A stretch of 63,469 bases of DNA, the filler included, from Collodictyon triciliatum (lineage: Eukaryota), in assembly GCA_043381765.1 (NCBI GenBank). It is 12 parts of 12 records of this genome, joined end to end, with 100 filler letters (N's around TTAATTAATTAA, not from the genome) between each part and the next. Parts side by side here need not be neighbours in the genome. Positions count along the whole stretch, not along the records: positions 47,826 to 53,700 come from JBHJMP010004873.1; positions 53,801 to 59,674 come from JBHJMP010004874.1; positions 59,775 to 62,009 come from JBHJMP010004892.1; positions 62,110 to 63,469 come from JBHJMP010004934.1; 8 more parts are not named here. One strand, written 5' to 3'. Numbering within the stretch: the stretch's first letter is position 1; each line of letters begins with the position of its first letter. This document shows, piece by piece, positions 51,358-63,469 of the stretch. The notes under the pieces were generated by a model. That model worked only from the letters and a program-made list of their open reading frames with translations. It was not told the DNA's origin and ran no database searches. A program made the position numbers and the translations under genes.

Positions 51358-53424
51358 TCGACGTGCACAAATTTTCTTCATTTTCTACAGGACTTTATCC
51401 AACGAGCCGAAGCATTACTTCTTAAACTAAAAGAAGATAGGACCGAGCACTCATTGAGGGAAATGAAGAATTTAATCATCGGAAATGCTCTTAGAAAATC
51501 AGTTTTCACTAAAATTGGAGCGATTAAATAGTAAGGAATATTTTGAATATTGAAAGATCAAGAAAATTAGAACACTATTTAAATAATACAAACATAAATG
51601 GCAGTACGATTGAGGAGAGACTAGATGCAAATCATAGCTGTTACGTATTGGAACAATCATTTGGCATTTTGGGCTCCATGCTCCACGACTCATCCAAGGT
51701 GTGGGATATGATGAAACAGTGTGGGGTGATATCAAAAACATTATCTTTGATGCTGTGTAGGGAAGAAAATAAATCGAAATATGCCAGAAACTTTACCAAA
51801 TTAATGGCCATTTACGATAAACCTAATGAGAGCGACCTTTCGAAAATGGATGTAAGTTCTCAAATAACTTTTCAAGCAATATCTCCAACTTTCCTAATAC
51901 GCACTTTCTCTAGCGTGGAATGATAGGAGAACTATTGAAAAAAATTGTAGAGGGAAGTGACAAAGTTGACGGAGCGACTTGTTTTTGGATTTCTTTGTTC
52001 CAAAAATCCATCAAAAATGACAAAGAGCTCATTTCAAAGGTAGGAATAACCGTGGAAGATTTAATTAGAAGTCGCATCGAGACGGTGAGTTCCCTTCAAA
52101 ATCAGCGACAGAGATTATTTGAAAATTACTAATTCATTCTTTTCATTTGAACGAAGGAGAGGAGGTTCGGCTTACGGTGTTTAATGCAATTTTCAAGGAA
52201 TACGCATTTATTCAGAAGACATCCAAGCAATCAACAACTCCTAGGAGAACTGATTAGTATATTAAAGAGTGGACCAAGGAATACCAAAGTCGACGTTATA
52301 AGATGGTATAATAACTCATCTAATTTTTCTTGGAAAAAAAATAAACCAGATCAGTAACCTTAAAATATAAAGCTTTAAGGATATGAAGATGGATAGTTTT
52401 ACGAGAGAGTCTGGAATCGAGAAAATAATTCCTCGTCTATTATCGGAGTTTGTTAAAGAGAGAGATTTTCAAAACACCTACTACATTATTGATTTTCTTG
52501 GTATAAATTTACACCTATCATATGAAAGTAGTAAACAACGTTTTATTGAATTTCATGATTGAAGTTGATGACTAATATTCCCAAAAGCTGTATGGAATCA
52601 AGATATATGGCTTGACGAAAGCATGCAAAGCTCAGGGATAATTGAATCGTTGATGACACTTCTCAACATCATATCTGCCACGGAATGCTCTTCCGGAGGA
52701 AATGGAGCAAAAGATGCAGACAATCTCGTTGAAATAGTATTTGAGTGCCTGCATTATGTATCTGAATCTTCCAAGATCATCCAGAGATATATAATTCAAA
52801 AGTCAACGATGGCAGGTTTTCATTCATTTAATGGATTTCGATGAAATGTTCGAGGTGTAATTTGGAATTAAAAAAAAATAGGAGCCTACTACAGAGGTCA
52901 TTATATACTTTGAATTGAAATAGTTTTCAATACTTCATTTAAACGTATAAGTTATGATTCAAAATCTTTCGTAATAATGCCAATAGATTTTCATTATTAT
53001 CTGCTCAACCCAAAGATATCTGAGAAAACAAGCAGCTTCATACTCTCCCTAACCAGGTGTGAAAAAGGGGATAAAGAGAAACTTGTTGAAAGTAGAGCTA
53101 TCCAAATCATGATACAGGTACTTAAACGATTGTTCAATCTAAAATTGGTTTTTTTTTATAATAAAATCGCACATCAACATTTCTTCATTCATGTAAATGA
53201 ATCCGAACACTCAATTTTTATTTTTCATGGTGCGAGAGACAAGGAAAGGAAAATAATTTTGACGGAGAAGAAAAAAAGAGCGCATACTTTATTTAAACTC
53301 ATTTTCATACAATACAGGTATTCCATCGGTCAGAGGAAGCAACGTGCATCAACATCTTGGCGGCGTGCTGTAATCTTGTCCTCGGGTGTCCACTTGGGAA
53401 GTCAACTCTTGTGCTAAACAACGG
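51082..53424 (+). CDS. ARMC8: Armadillo-repeat protein ARMC8/Vid28 (GID/CTLH complex); 3' truncated
   Basis: LREMKNLIIGNALRK resembles ARMC8 KNAVIGNNKQK; later ILGSM and AACCNLVLGCPLGK resemble LCNLLLEFSPSK. Confidence 0.7.
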
Positions 53425-53516
53425 TGAGGAACCATCCACAGCATAACCAAAGCGCCGCATGAAGTTTCCTCTTTTCCTTCCCAAACAAAACATTACACAC
53501 ATACATGCTCATACAT

Positions 53517-53616
<100 letters not shown>

Positions 53617-53883
53617 AAAAATACGATGAAAAAAAATCGGCATAATCACACTCACACATATAATCATCACTTGATTCCAAAGGCATCGCCATTCTTCTAG
53701 NNNNNNNNNNNNNNNNNNNNNNNNNNNNNNNNNNNNNNNNNNNNTTAATTAATTAANNNNNNNNNNNNNNNNNNNNNNNNNNNNNNNNNNNNNNNNNNNN
53801 AACAAAACAAAACAAAACAAAACAAAACAAAACAAAACAAAACAAAACAAAACAAAACAAAACAAAACAAAACAAAACAAAAC

Positions 53884-53914
<31 letters not shown>

Positions 53915-54130
53915 CAAAACAAAACAAAACAAAAAAACATCATCAAAACATCAATACGAAAAATAAGAAGAAAAAAACAAGATGAAACAAAATGAAACAA
54001 AATGAAACAAAATGAAACAAGAGAAAAGAAAAAAATACACACAACCAAGACCCGTGTCCGCGTTTTCTCCACGCAGATTTCGCTCCTTCCAAACACCCAC
54101 GGTTCCCTACCACAGCACACTTGCCATAGA

Positions 54131-57100
54131 ATGGCGAACCTGAGACCCAGCAAAGAGGACATGATCCGACAAATCATGGAGATCGGCTTTTCCCGGGAGC
54201 ATGCCATAGTCGGTCTTGAAGTCACGGGCGGAGACGATCCCGACCACGCAGTCGAGTATCTCATGCAGATTCTGCCCATCCAAGAGGAAGACATTCCACA
54301 ACCCGTTTCTGCCCGCGGCCTTGGCGAGCCTGTCAGTCTCTTGCACGACTCTGGATTTCCTGTGCGCCCCTCTGCCAACTCGGCCTTGCAGCCATCGGCA
54401 AATCCTGGTTATTTTTATGTTTATATACAAGTTTGATTCTATTTCAGGTAGAGAGAGAGAGAATGGAAAACTACGATAATAAAGTATTCACTCATCCATA
54501 AAATTAAGTAATTCCCAGTCATACACAAACTCGTCGTCTTCTTCTCACCCAACCATGAACTGCATATCATAACTTGTAACCTGAAAGATGAATATTTTTT
54601 ATCGGTTGTTTCATTATTAAGTCGCAACCACCTTTTCGTACTTTTTTTTTTTCCAAAAGAAATAACCACAACAAAAAAAAAAAAAAAACTGCTACAACAA
54701 CCTCATGCACCTGCCTCTAAACTACTATGGTTTTCCCTTAATCTTGGTCTACCCAAACAGAGAGGACAAAAAGGCCAGATATGTCTGTATCAACAAAGCA
54801 ACAGCCGCCAATAGAGTTTGTGTCCGCAGCACCATCTCCCCAGCAACAAAAGCAGCAGGTTCAGTTGCAGATGGAACGGCCACTTACACAGACAGGATCC
54901 AATATTCGTACGCATCTTGGACAAGGAAACCCTTTGCCATCCCCCAGAGCAGAGGCAGCGACCATGTATCTACCCGAAGCAGCTCGCGTACAGATGAAAC
55001 CAGAGCCTCGGTATGAACATTCACATCCAATCTCCACAAACCTTGAATCTATCCCCGATGCAGCTCAATCCACGCAAACGCAGTCACAAATACCATCACA
55101 AGGACAAATGCAAGCTCAATTGCAGAACCCTGCTGTTGCTACAACAACAACTACTACTACGAGAGCAAACACTATTTGGTCTGTTCCAATTGACTCAAAT
55201 CACGCTGAGAGCTCGGCAACACCGAATCGACCCAATGCCACACTGGAAGGGCCTGCCCGAATCACCTCATCTAGCGACTGGATTTTCAAAGACATCGATC
55301 TCTGGGACGATGCAGCAAATGGCGACCTCGAGATTTTCAAACAACACTTCCAAAAACTGAACATTGATGTGGATTCAACTAACACAGATGGGCTCACATT
55401 ACTCCATATATCTGCTTACTATGCAAATCCAGATATTGTTGCCTACTTGCTCCAAAAAAAGGCCCATGTCCACGCCAAATGTGCTCGTGGAAACACACCA
55501 TTGATATACGCGCTGAAAGGAAAGATCGACCTCAGCCCAATATCCCCTCAGCATGGCCAGCACTATGTTGTTGTGATTGCACTTCTAGAATCGCATGCTC
55601 GGCTCGATATAAGCAACGACGAGGGCGTCTCTCCTTTGCACCTGGTCACTCTATGGCCAACCACTGATGTGGATTTGCTGGAAACATTCTTGGACATGGG
55701 TGCTGTCGTGCAGCAGAGCGATCACCAAGGACAAACACCTCTCCACTTTGCTGCAGACTGCGGTAATCTGCTTGCAGTCAAAACTCTGCATTCCAACAAT
55801 GCGGTCATCTCTGCCAAAGACTTTAATGGACAATTCGCACTGCATTTGGCAGCTGCACAAGGCCATCAAAAGGTGGTAGAGTTTCTACTCATGGTTGGGG
55901 CCGATCCGAATGTCCAGGATGTTGACGGAGAAACGCCACTTCATCGTGCATGTCACAACGGGAGATACTCAGTTGTCTCCACACTTTTACGTGCATCAGC
56001 AGATGTGCATGTGTTTTCCAAAAGGAACAAAACTGCCTTTCAGATCGCAAAGGAGAAGCAGCACACGGACATATTGCCTCTCTTTTACGACCGCTTTCAA
56101 CCAGCAGCAGATACACCAAAACCTTCAGGCACTGTGCAAAGTCAATTCAAATCTCCAGCTTTCGCCAGAAGCTCGCTGCAAGCAAATGGGCAACCTTCAC
56201 CCTTATCTACCTCCATAGGCCAACCATCAATCCAAACACCTGCACAAGCAACTGCTTACTCAGCATCGCAACCATCAAATGTCACTTCACAGCTAAGCTC
56301 GTCACNNNNNNNNNNNNNNNNNNNNNNNNNNNNNNNNNNNNNNNNNNNNNNNNNNNNNNNNNNNNNNNNNNNNNNNNNNNNNNNNNNNNNNNNNNNNNNN
56401 NNNNNNNNNNNNNNNNNNNNNNNNNNNNNNNNNNNNNNNNNNNNNNNNNNNNNNNNNNNNNNNNNNNNNNNNNNNNNNNNNNNNNNNNNNNNNNNNNNNN
56501 NNNNNNNNNNNNNNNNNNNNNNNNNNNNNNNNNNNNNNNNNNNNNNNNNNNNNNNNNNNNNNNNNNNNNNNNNNNNNNNNNNNNNNNNNNNNNNNNNNNN
56601 NNNNNNNNNNNNNNNNNNNNNNNNNNNNNNNNNNNNNNNNNNNNNNNNNNNNNNNNNNNNNNNNNNNNNNNNNNNNNNNNNNNNNNNNNNNNNNNNNNNN
56701 NNNNNNNNNNNNNNNNNNNNNNNNNNNNNNNNNNNNNNNNNNNNNNNNNNNNNNNNNNNNNNNNNNNACAACAAACTCCAATCACACCAACGGCATATAT
56801 CCCTGCTTCAGCAACAGGAGCATCCAATACGACAGCAGGCCCGATATCACAGCTTCCTCAGCAGGTAAGCTATATGCAGTCGCCAGGGGTGAACACCGTT
56901 CAAGCACCTGTATCCACTGCTATGCCGCCACCTTCGCAAGATTATTTCCCTCACAGGCCCCCAGCGCCTCTTGATTTCAAAGCCGTCCCATCCCCAAGTC
57001 GACCGCGTATATTTTGATTACTCAATTTTAGTTCTGCTTTGTTTAGATACTAATTAACCAATTTATCAACCAATATATATATATATATTTATTGCTATCA

Positions 57101-59007
57101 TTGGCCATTGTATAAGTGTGAAATAAAAATGCCAGTAATTAAATCACTGCATGAGAGTTGTAACGCCTGACTCATGAATTTCTATCATTATTTATCATCC
57201 TGTCGTTCTTCATACCAGCAACAAATCATATGTACCAAGGTATGGATGAATCGCCAGGCAAGAAAATAAATGCCAATACTGCTGCTAAACCAGAGGAACG
57301 TAGAACTCGTGTATGAATCCTGAATTATTTTCTATTAAAAAAAAAAGGACTCATACACTTATGATTTTTCAATCTGTTTCTATGAGTACACAAAATCCTA
57401 CTGTATTTAGTCTGAATGTGAGAGTTAAAAAAATTATTTTTTTCTTTTTGTCCATCGCCCTTTAACTTTTTTTTTATCTTTCTTTTCCTTCATTCAGTAT
57501 AACAAACCATTTCTGGTAATTGTACCGAGACAATAAAAATTTAAATGCGCAGTCCCAACCACAATCACAAGACTATCTCCGAGCAACAAATACTCACGTA
57601 CCCGTAACAACAAACGTGGAATTTAGGTATTCATTATCCTCTCCTCATTTTTCTTCGATTGTAGCACGTTTTCTTTGCAAAATAGATACCCTAGCATGTT
57701 TTTGCATTTTTTTGAATGATTTAACTTTATGATGATTATAATTCGATTATGATTATGATTATGATTCGATTATGACCCTTCATACTTTATCATTTTGCAT
57801 GTCTTTTTTTTATTTTTGTTGTTGACACCCAAAATGGGTTTTAAGTTTGCATTTTGACATTATTCTTTCTGTCATAATATATGAAGTGAGCTTTGGTTGG
57901 GTCCTCTCATTGGAAGCGGAGAATTCGGAGAAGTTTTTAAGGGTAGATACAAGGATCAAGTTGTGGCCATCAAGAAACTGAAAGTTTTGGCAAATTCAGA
58001 GAGTGTTCAAAGAGATTTTTTCAATGAAGTCGAGATACTTAGGTTTGGTACATATATTACGGTGTTGATGTTGTTTCCTTTCTCCCTTTCTCCTTTTCTT
58101 CATATGATGGGATATGGTATGGAATCTTGTTGTATAGGTTATGAAAATGAGTTAGAAAAGTATTATTGTTATAGTTGTTATAGTTATAGTTATTGTTATT
58201 GTTGTTATTATTGTTATTATTGTTATTATTGTTATTATTGTTATAGTTATTGTTATAGTTATTGTTATAGTTATAGTTTTTAAAAAAAGGGAATACAACA
58301 TGTGAAAACAGTCAACCGACTACTTACGAAGTGTGCCTAATAGGAGGGTCAGCCATGAAAACATTTGTCGGTTTATTGGTGCTTGCCTTAAGGCTCCAAA
58401 CCTTTGTATGGTATCTGAGTTCTGTGAAAGAGGAAATTTATTTGAACTACTTCGAACAGTCGAAGTCAAGCAAAATCCCCAGTTGAGAATAAATATTGCT
58501 GTTCATATTGCAAGGGCTATATGCTACTTGCATGAGAACAAACCACAAATATGTCATCGAGATTTGAAGAGTCTTAACGTTCTAGTAAGCTGTGGCTTTA
58601 TTATTGAATTCTCATCACCAAATAGATACATGATTATTTTACATCGCTGATGGTCACATAGCAACATTCAAAATTCATATATATATATATTGCTTATCAT
58701 AATTTCCACTGCAATTGTGGGCAACAAGGTCGACCTGTCCTGGAGTGCAAAGGTAACAGATTTCGGTATGGCAAAAGTACGGCAGCATGCATACACAACC
58801 AATTATCAAACAAGATGCGGAACACCTGCTTGGATGGCTCCCGAAGTTCTTCAGGGAAGGTTAGTTCTTTGATTTTGAGACATTCAGTCACATGGCTGAC
58901 TACTATTTTACACCTAATACCTTCCTATATTTATTTTTTGAATATTCATTTCCTTTATTTCCGTATTTCCACACTTCCTTATTTATTTACCTATTTAACC
59001 ATTTGTC

Positions 59008-59104
<97 letters not shown>

Positions 59105-59521
59105 TATTATTGAAAATTCGAGTTCACTTTTTATATCCCACCTATGTAACATTCAGGTACTCAGAGAAGGCAGATGTGTATTCTTTTGGGGTCATCATGT
59201 GGGAATTGCTGACTTGCCGACCTCCTTATGCTGGTGATTGTTCTTATATGCCTTTTTAACTTTACCTTTTCCTGTTTTCCTGTTTTCCTGTTTTCCTCTT
59301 TCTTTTTCATTCACTGAAATGAAATCGTAGGGATGAGCCCTCCGCAGATAATGCACGCTGTGGAGAGAGGGAACCCACCAGGCCCTATCCCACACATGGA
59401 CTACATCATGTATAAGCTTTCGCCTCGGTATTTTGACACTATGAAGAGCTGCAGCCATCTGGACCCTGGACTTCGTCCATCCTTTCGCCAGATTATTGAG
59501 CTATTGGATAAAAGGGGTTAA
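54131..59521 (+). CDS. UBA - ankyrin repeat - tyrosine-kinase-like (TKL) protein kinase; internal N gap 56306-56767
   Basis: [36 protein letters not shown]. About 7 ankyrin repeats ([18 protein letters not shown]). Kinase motifs [51 protein letters not shown]. Confidence 0.9.
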
Positions 59522-59620
59522 TCAGCTTAAGATCGAGTCAACCACCAAGATATGCATTATAGTTCGCCGCATCATAAAATGTCGCACCCCGCGCTCCGTT
59601 CAAATCCGCAAGAGATCCGA

Positions 59621-59674
<54 letters not shown>

Positions 59675-60003
59675 NNNNNNNNNNNNNNNNNNNNNNNNNN
59701 NNNNNNNNNNNNNNNNNNTTAATTAATTAANNNNNNNNNNNNNNNNNNNNNNNNNNNNNNNNNNNNNNNNNNNNAAAAAAAAAAAAAAAAAAAAAAAAAA
59801 ACAAAAAAAAACCAAAAAAAACCAAAAAAAACCAAAAAAAACCAAAAAAAACCAAAAAAAAAACCAAAAAAAAACCCCAAAAAACCCAAAAAAACCCAAA
59901 AAAAACCCAAAAAAACCCCAAAAAAAAAGAAAAGAAATAGACCTCTGAGAGTTCCCCTTTCATATACACATAGAAATTTGATCAGTTCGACAGCGATCAC
60001 GCC

Positions 60004-61894
60004 ATGGAATATGGTTCATTCACGAACGAATACGGGTAAGCAACCCATTTACTATCTTAATCTGACTTATGACACCCAATAGAGATTACAAGTAAAATTC
60101 AATCCAATCTCATGCTATCGAATGCAATCCGTTCCAATGAAATCCAACAATTCTTTCAATACCCTCCGCGGGATGAACGCCACCCAATTGAGCCAGAGAA
60201 ATACAGATGCGTTCAAATAAGATATCGAATATTCATATAAAAAACATGTTTGTAAATAACTTAGCTACGGGGACGAAGGTCCAGACGGCTCTACCCCCAA
60301 CAGCAGTGAAAACAAGCCCAGGATTCTATTGATGGGATTAAGAAGGTTTTTTTTTCGATCTCAGAACTGTGATGTTTCATTCCCCTCATTGATGGGGTTA
60401 TATCCATGCAATCGACCAATATCGATGTTGTAAATGTTGCGACGCAGAAGCTGATGAACTGATTAACTCAAGTGAATGATTCGTATTTCTCTGTGTATGT
60501 TTATTTGATTTACAATATCTGTTACAACCACATCAGGAGCGGTAAATCCAGTATTCAGAAGGTTGTCTTTCAGAAAATGTCACCCAACGAGACCCTTTTC
60601 TTGGAAACTACTCAGAAGATTATCAAGAATGGTATTATTTGTTCGATAATAAAATAATATTTATTTTGCAAACAGACCCCTCTTTGTACAGTTATATATT
60701 AATCATAATCCCCACCCTACGGAATCACCTCATGCTTATTTACTGCTCCACTTCATAATGCTTACTTTTATCCATCATCACTGATTGCCTCTATCTATCG
60801 AAATAGACATATCAAACAGTTCATTTGTCCAATTTCAAATCTGGGATTTTCCTGCCCAAATCGACTTTTTTGACCCTGCCTTTGAAGCTGAAGCGATATT
60901 CGGAGGCTGTGGAGCTCTCATCTTCGTCATCGATGCACAAGATGACACCACTGAGGCTCTTGCGAAGCTAAATCAGACGGTCGTTAAAGCTCATAAGGTA
61001 ATCAGGACAGGGCTACAGCTAATAGCAACCTTGCTTTTGAAATTCTCTAAATTTGAGTACAGCCATAATAATAAATATTACAAACATCACCAGGTGAATC
61101 CCAAGATTACGTTTGAGGTCTTCATCCATAAAGTTGATGGCCTCTCGGATGACCATAAGATTGGTACTGTTGGAAATGCATCCGTATATTTATCATTCTC
61201 TTAATATCTTGTCAACAAGATATCTTTCCATTAATGAAAAGCTTATTTTGAACGAATATTTTTGCTACTGAGAGTAGAGATACAAAGAGAAATTCAGCAG
61301 CAGGCCACAGATGATTTGAGTGATAGCAACCTTGAATCAGTGCAGCTCAGATTCCATCTCACCAGGCTTGTTTGATAATAATTCCTTATATTTTCGCCTC
61401 CTTAAACATCAAGACCTTTTTCGTTTTCTTGTATTTATTTTCTTTTTTTTCTGGGATCGCCTCATGAATTAAGAATAAAAAAACCCAAAGAAAATTAATG
61501 ACAAGATACCTTCCTCACACACAGCATTTACGACCACTCTATTTTCGAAGCTTTCAGCAAAGTCATCCAAAAATTGATTCCTCAACTTCCAACTTTAGAG
61601 CGCCTACTTGACATCCTCGTTTCTGTATGCTTTCTTTTTTCTCTATTCTTTTCCTTCCACGATATCTTGTCAGCTATAAAATAATTCTATGTCGTTTGCC
61701 AACTATAACTGTTTTTTTTTTTTATTTTTTTTAATAATATCTTTCTATCAGAGCTGCCGATTGGAGAAAGCTTTCCTTTTTGATGTCATCAGCAAGATTT
61801 ATATTGCCACAGACAGCTCACCTGTGGACATGCAGAGCTACGAATTGAGTTCTGATATGATTGATGTCGTCATCGATATCTCTTGTATCTATGG
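60004..61894 (+). CDS. RRAGC: Rag C/D GTPase (Gtr2); 3' truncated
   Basis: [75 protein letters not shown] over 8 exons. Confidence 0.95.
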
Positions 61895-62109
61895 GTTAGT
61901 GAACTTCTAATCATGCAAATTATATCGCCCCAAAAATCGGCAGTTTTTTTTTTTTTTTTTTTAAATCTTTAAAAAAATTTTAAAAAAAAAAAAACACCTT
62001 TTTTTTTTTNNNNNNNNNNNNNNNNNNNNNNNNNNNNNNNNNNNNNNNNNNNNTTAATTAATTAANNNNNNNNNNNNNNNNNNNNNNNNNNNNNNNNNNN
62101 NNNNNNNNN

Positions 62110-62152
<43 letters not shown>

Positions 62153-63181
62153 AAAAAAAAACAAAAAAAAAACAAAAAAAAAACAAAAAAAAATTGTGTC
62201 TTCGCAAGTTCTTTATTCCATGTCCTTCTGATGGTGCAGGCTTGTCCGATGAAAAGGATGAGCATAGCAGATGAAACACACTCATTCGCACTTGATTTTA
62301 TATCGAGGAGAGATTATGATTAATCTTCCGTGCGATTATATATACGTCATGTCTTATTGGAAAAGCTGACAAAACGACAGACATGTACCTTCGACCGCAC
62401 CAAACGCGCCTGTGTCCACGAAACCGGCGGAAACATACCCGATCGGTCTCTCAAAGGGAAACAGATCGGCCCCAACGAGGAAGCAGCGCACCCAAGACTT
62501 CTGTTTTACGTACACTTATATATCTCAGTCTTTTCACATATTGTTTTTGTCCCTTCCGCAGAGCTTTGGTAGAAGCGGCTGCGGGTTGCGAATCCTGGAC
62601 GGAAAAAAAAAAGAAGTAAAAAGTATAGGCAAAAATAAAGTCTCCTGTTGGGCATATATGAATCTTTGCAGTTCAAGCCTGTCAAGTCATTTCCCCTCAT
62701 TCTTTTTCTTTTTCTTTTTCTTTTTTCTTTTTCTTTTTTCTTTTCTTCTTTTCTTCTTTTAAGTATGGCACAGGTTGCCTCTGAACTCACACCATATCAT
62801 CGCCTCAATTCACACACAAGAAAAATCTTTTCTTTTCTCTCAAAATAAAAAAACACAACAAAAAAACACAACAAAAAACACAACAAAAAACACAACAAAA
62901 AAACACAACAAAAAAACACAACAAAAAAACACAACAAAAAAACACAACAAAAAAACACAACAAAAAAACACAACAAAAAAACACAACAAAAAACACAACA
63001 AAAAACAAAACAAAACAAAAGTCCTACATCAGGCACAGTCACCAGGGCCTCATGCTGCATACAAAAATAATAAGAATAGCAAAAAGGAGGAAAATAAACC
63101 ACAATAATACGAATAAAAGACAGAAAGTAGATCTGACACTTTACTTCCTCAGACACTTAGCAACTAAGACAAAAGCCCAAA

Positions 63182-63469
63182 ATGCTTCTGAGGCAACTTC
63201 AGCCCGACCTTCGATCACTCTCGAACGAATCGAAGCGGAAGGAAGTACACCTGAAGGAGGTTTGTTACTGACTTGTAGCCAGAATCAATCCAAGTCACAT
63301 TCCTCCTCCTTATTCCAGACTGAAGAACTTGTGATATAGTTTATTATACCTTAACCACTTCTTTTCTTTTCTTTTTTCCTTTATTCGATTCAAAGAAATA
63401 CTTTTTTCTTTTACCACCCCGTGCTTCTTTTTTTTTTTTGGAATACAGACTTGTGAGAAAAGACGGAGA
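63182..63469 (+). CDS. MON2: Start of a MON2-like (Arf-GEF-related DCB domain) gene
   Basis: Exon 63182-63259 MLLRQLQPDLRSLSNESKRKEVHLKE, then exon from 63449 TCEK; matches the Mon2 N-terminal L..DLR.LS.E.K.K motif. Confidence 0.6.

Noticed and set aside
62180-62620. Minus-strand exon-like segments on the last contig
   Set aside because: Reading frame ambiguous and no recognisable homology.

Overview
This is eukaryotic, intron-rich and microsatellite-rich DNA from a protist-like organism (amoebozoan-like gene content, not identifiable with certainty). It is not one locus. Twelve contigs are joined by artificial 100-nt spacers (N44-TTAATTAATTAA-N44), and the first ten are sorted by length (5883 down to 5874 nt). 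Genes reconstructed by hand-splicing are: mitochondrial phage-type RNA polymerase, a PARP3-like WGR gene start, a divergent FANCB-like gene, a selenocysteine GPx4-type peroxidase, an SLC25A33/36 (Rim2-like) carrier, a DUF4062-NACHT-TPR (NLR-like STAND) gene, DBF4, a multi-IQ myosin, PIG-P, HIG1/Rcf1, NOL9/Grc3, a GT92 glycosyltransferase, ARMC8, a UBA-ankyrin-TKL kinase, RagC/D and a MON2 start. There are also decayed LINE and Helitron relics. The highlights are three. (1) The GPx UGA-Sec codon is created only by splicing (TG|A) and is paired with a non-canonical GUGA-type SECIS. (2) The NLR-like gene builds its TPR sensor from five consecutive, exactly 126-nt, same-phase exons, one repeat per exon. 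(3) The RagC/D has Ala in place of the invariant G3 glycine. Homology calls come from recalled motifs, not database searches.
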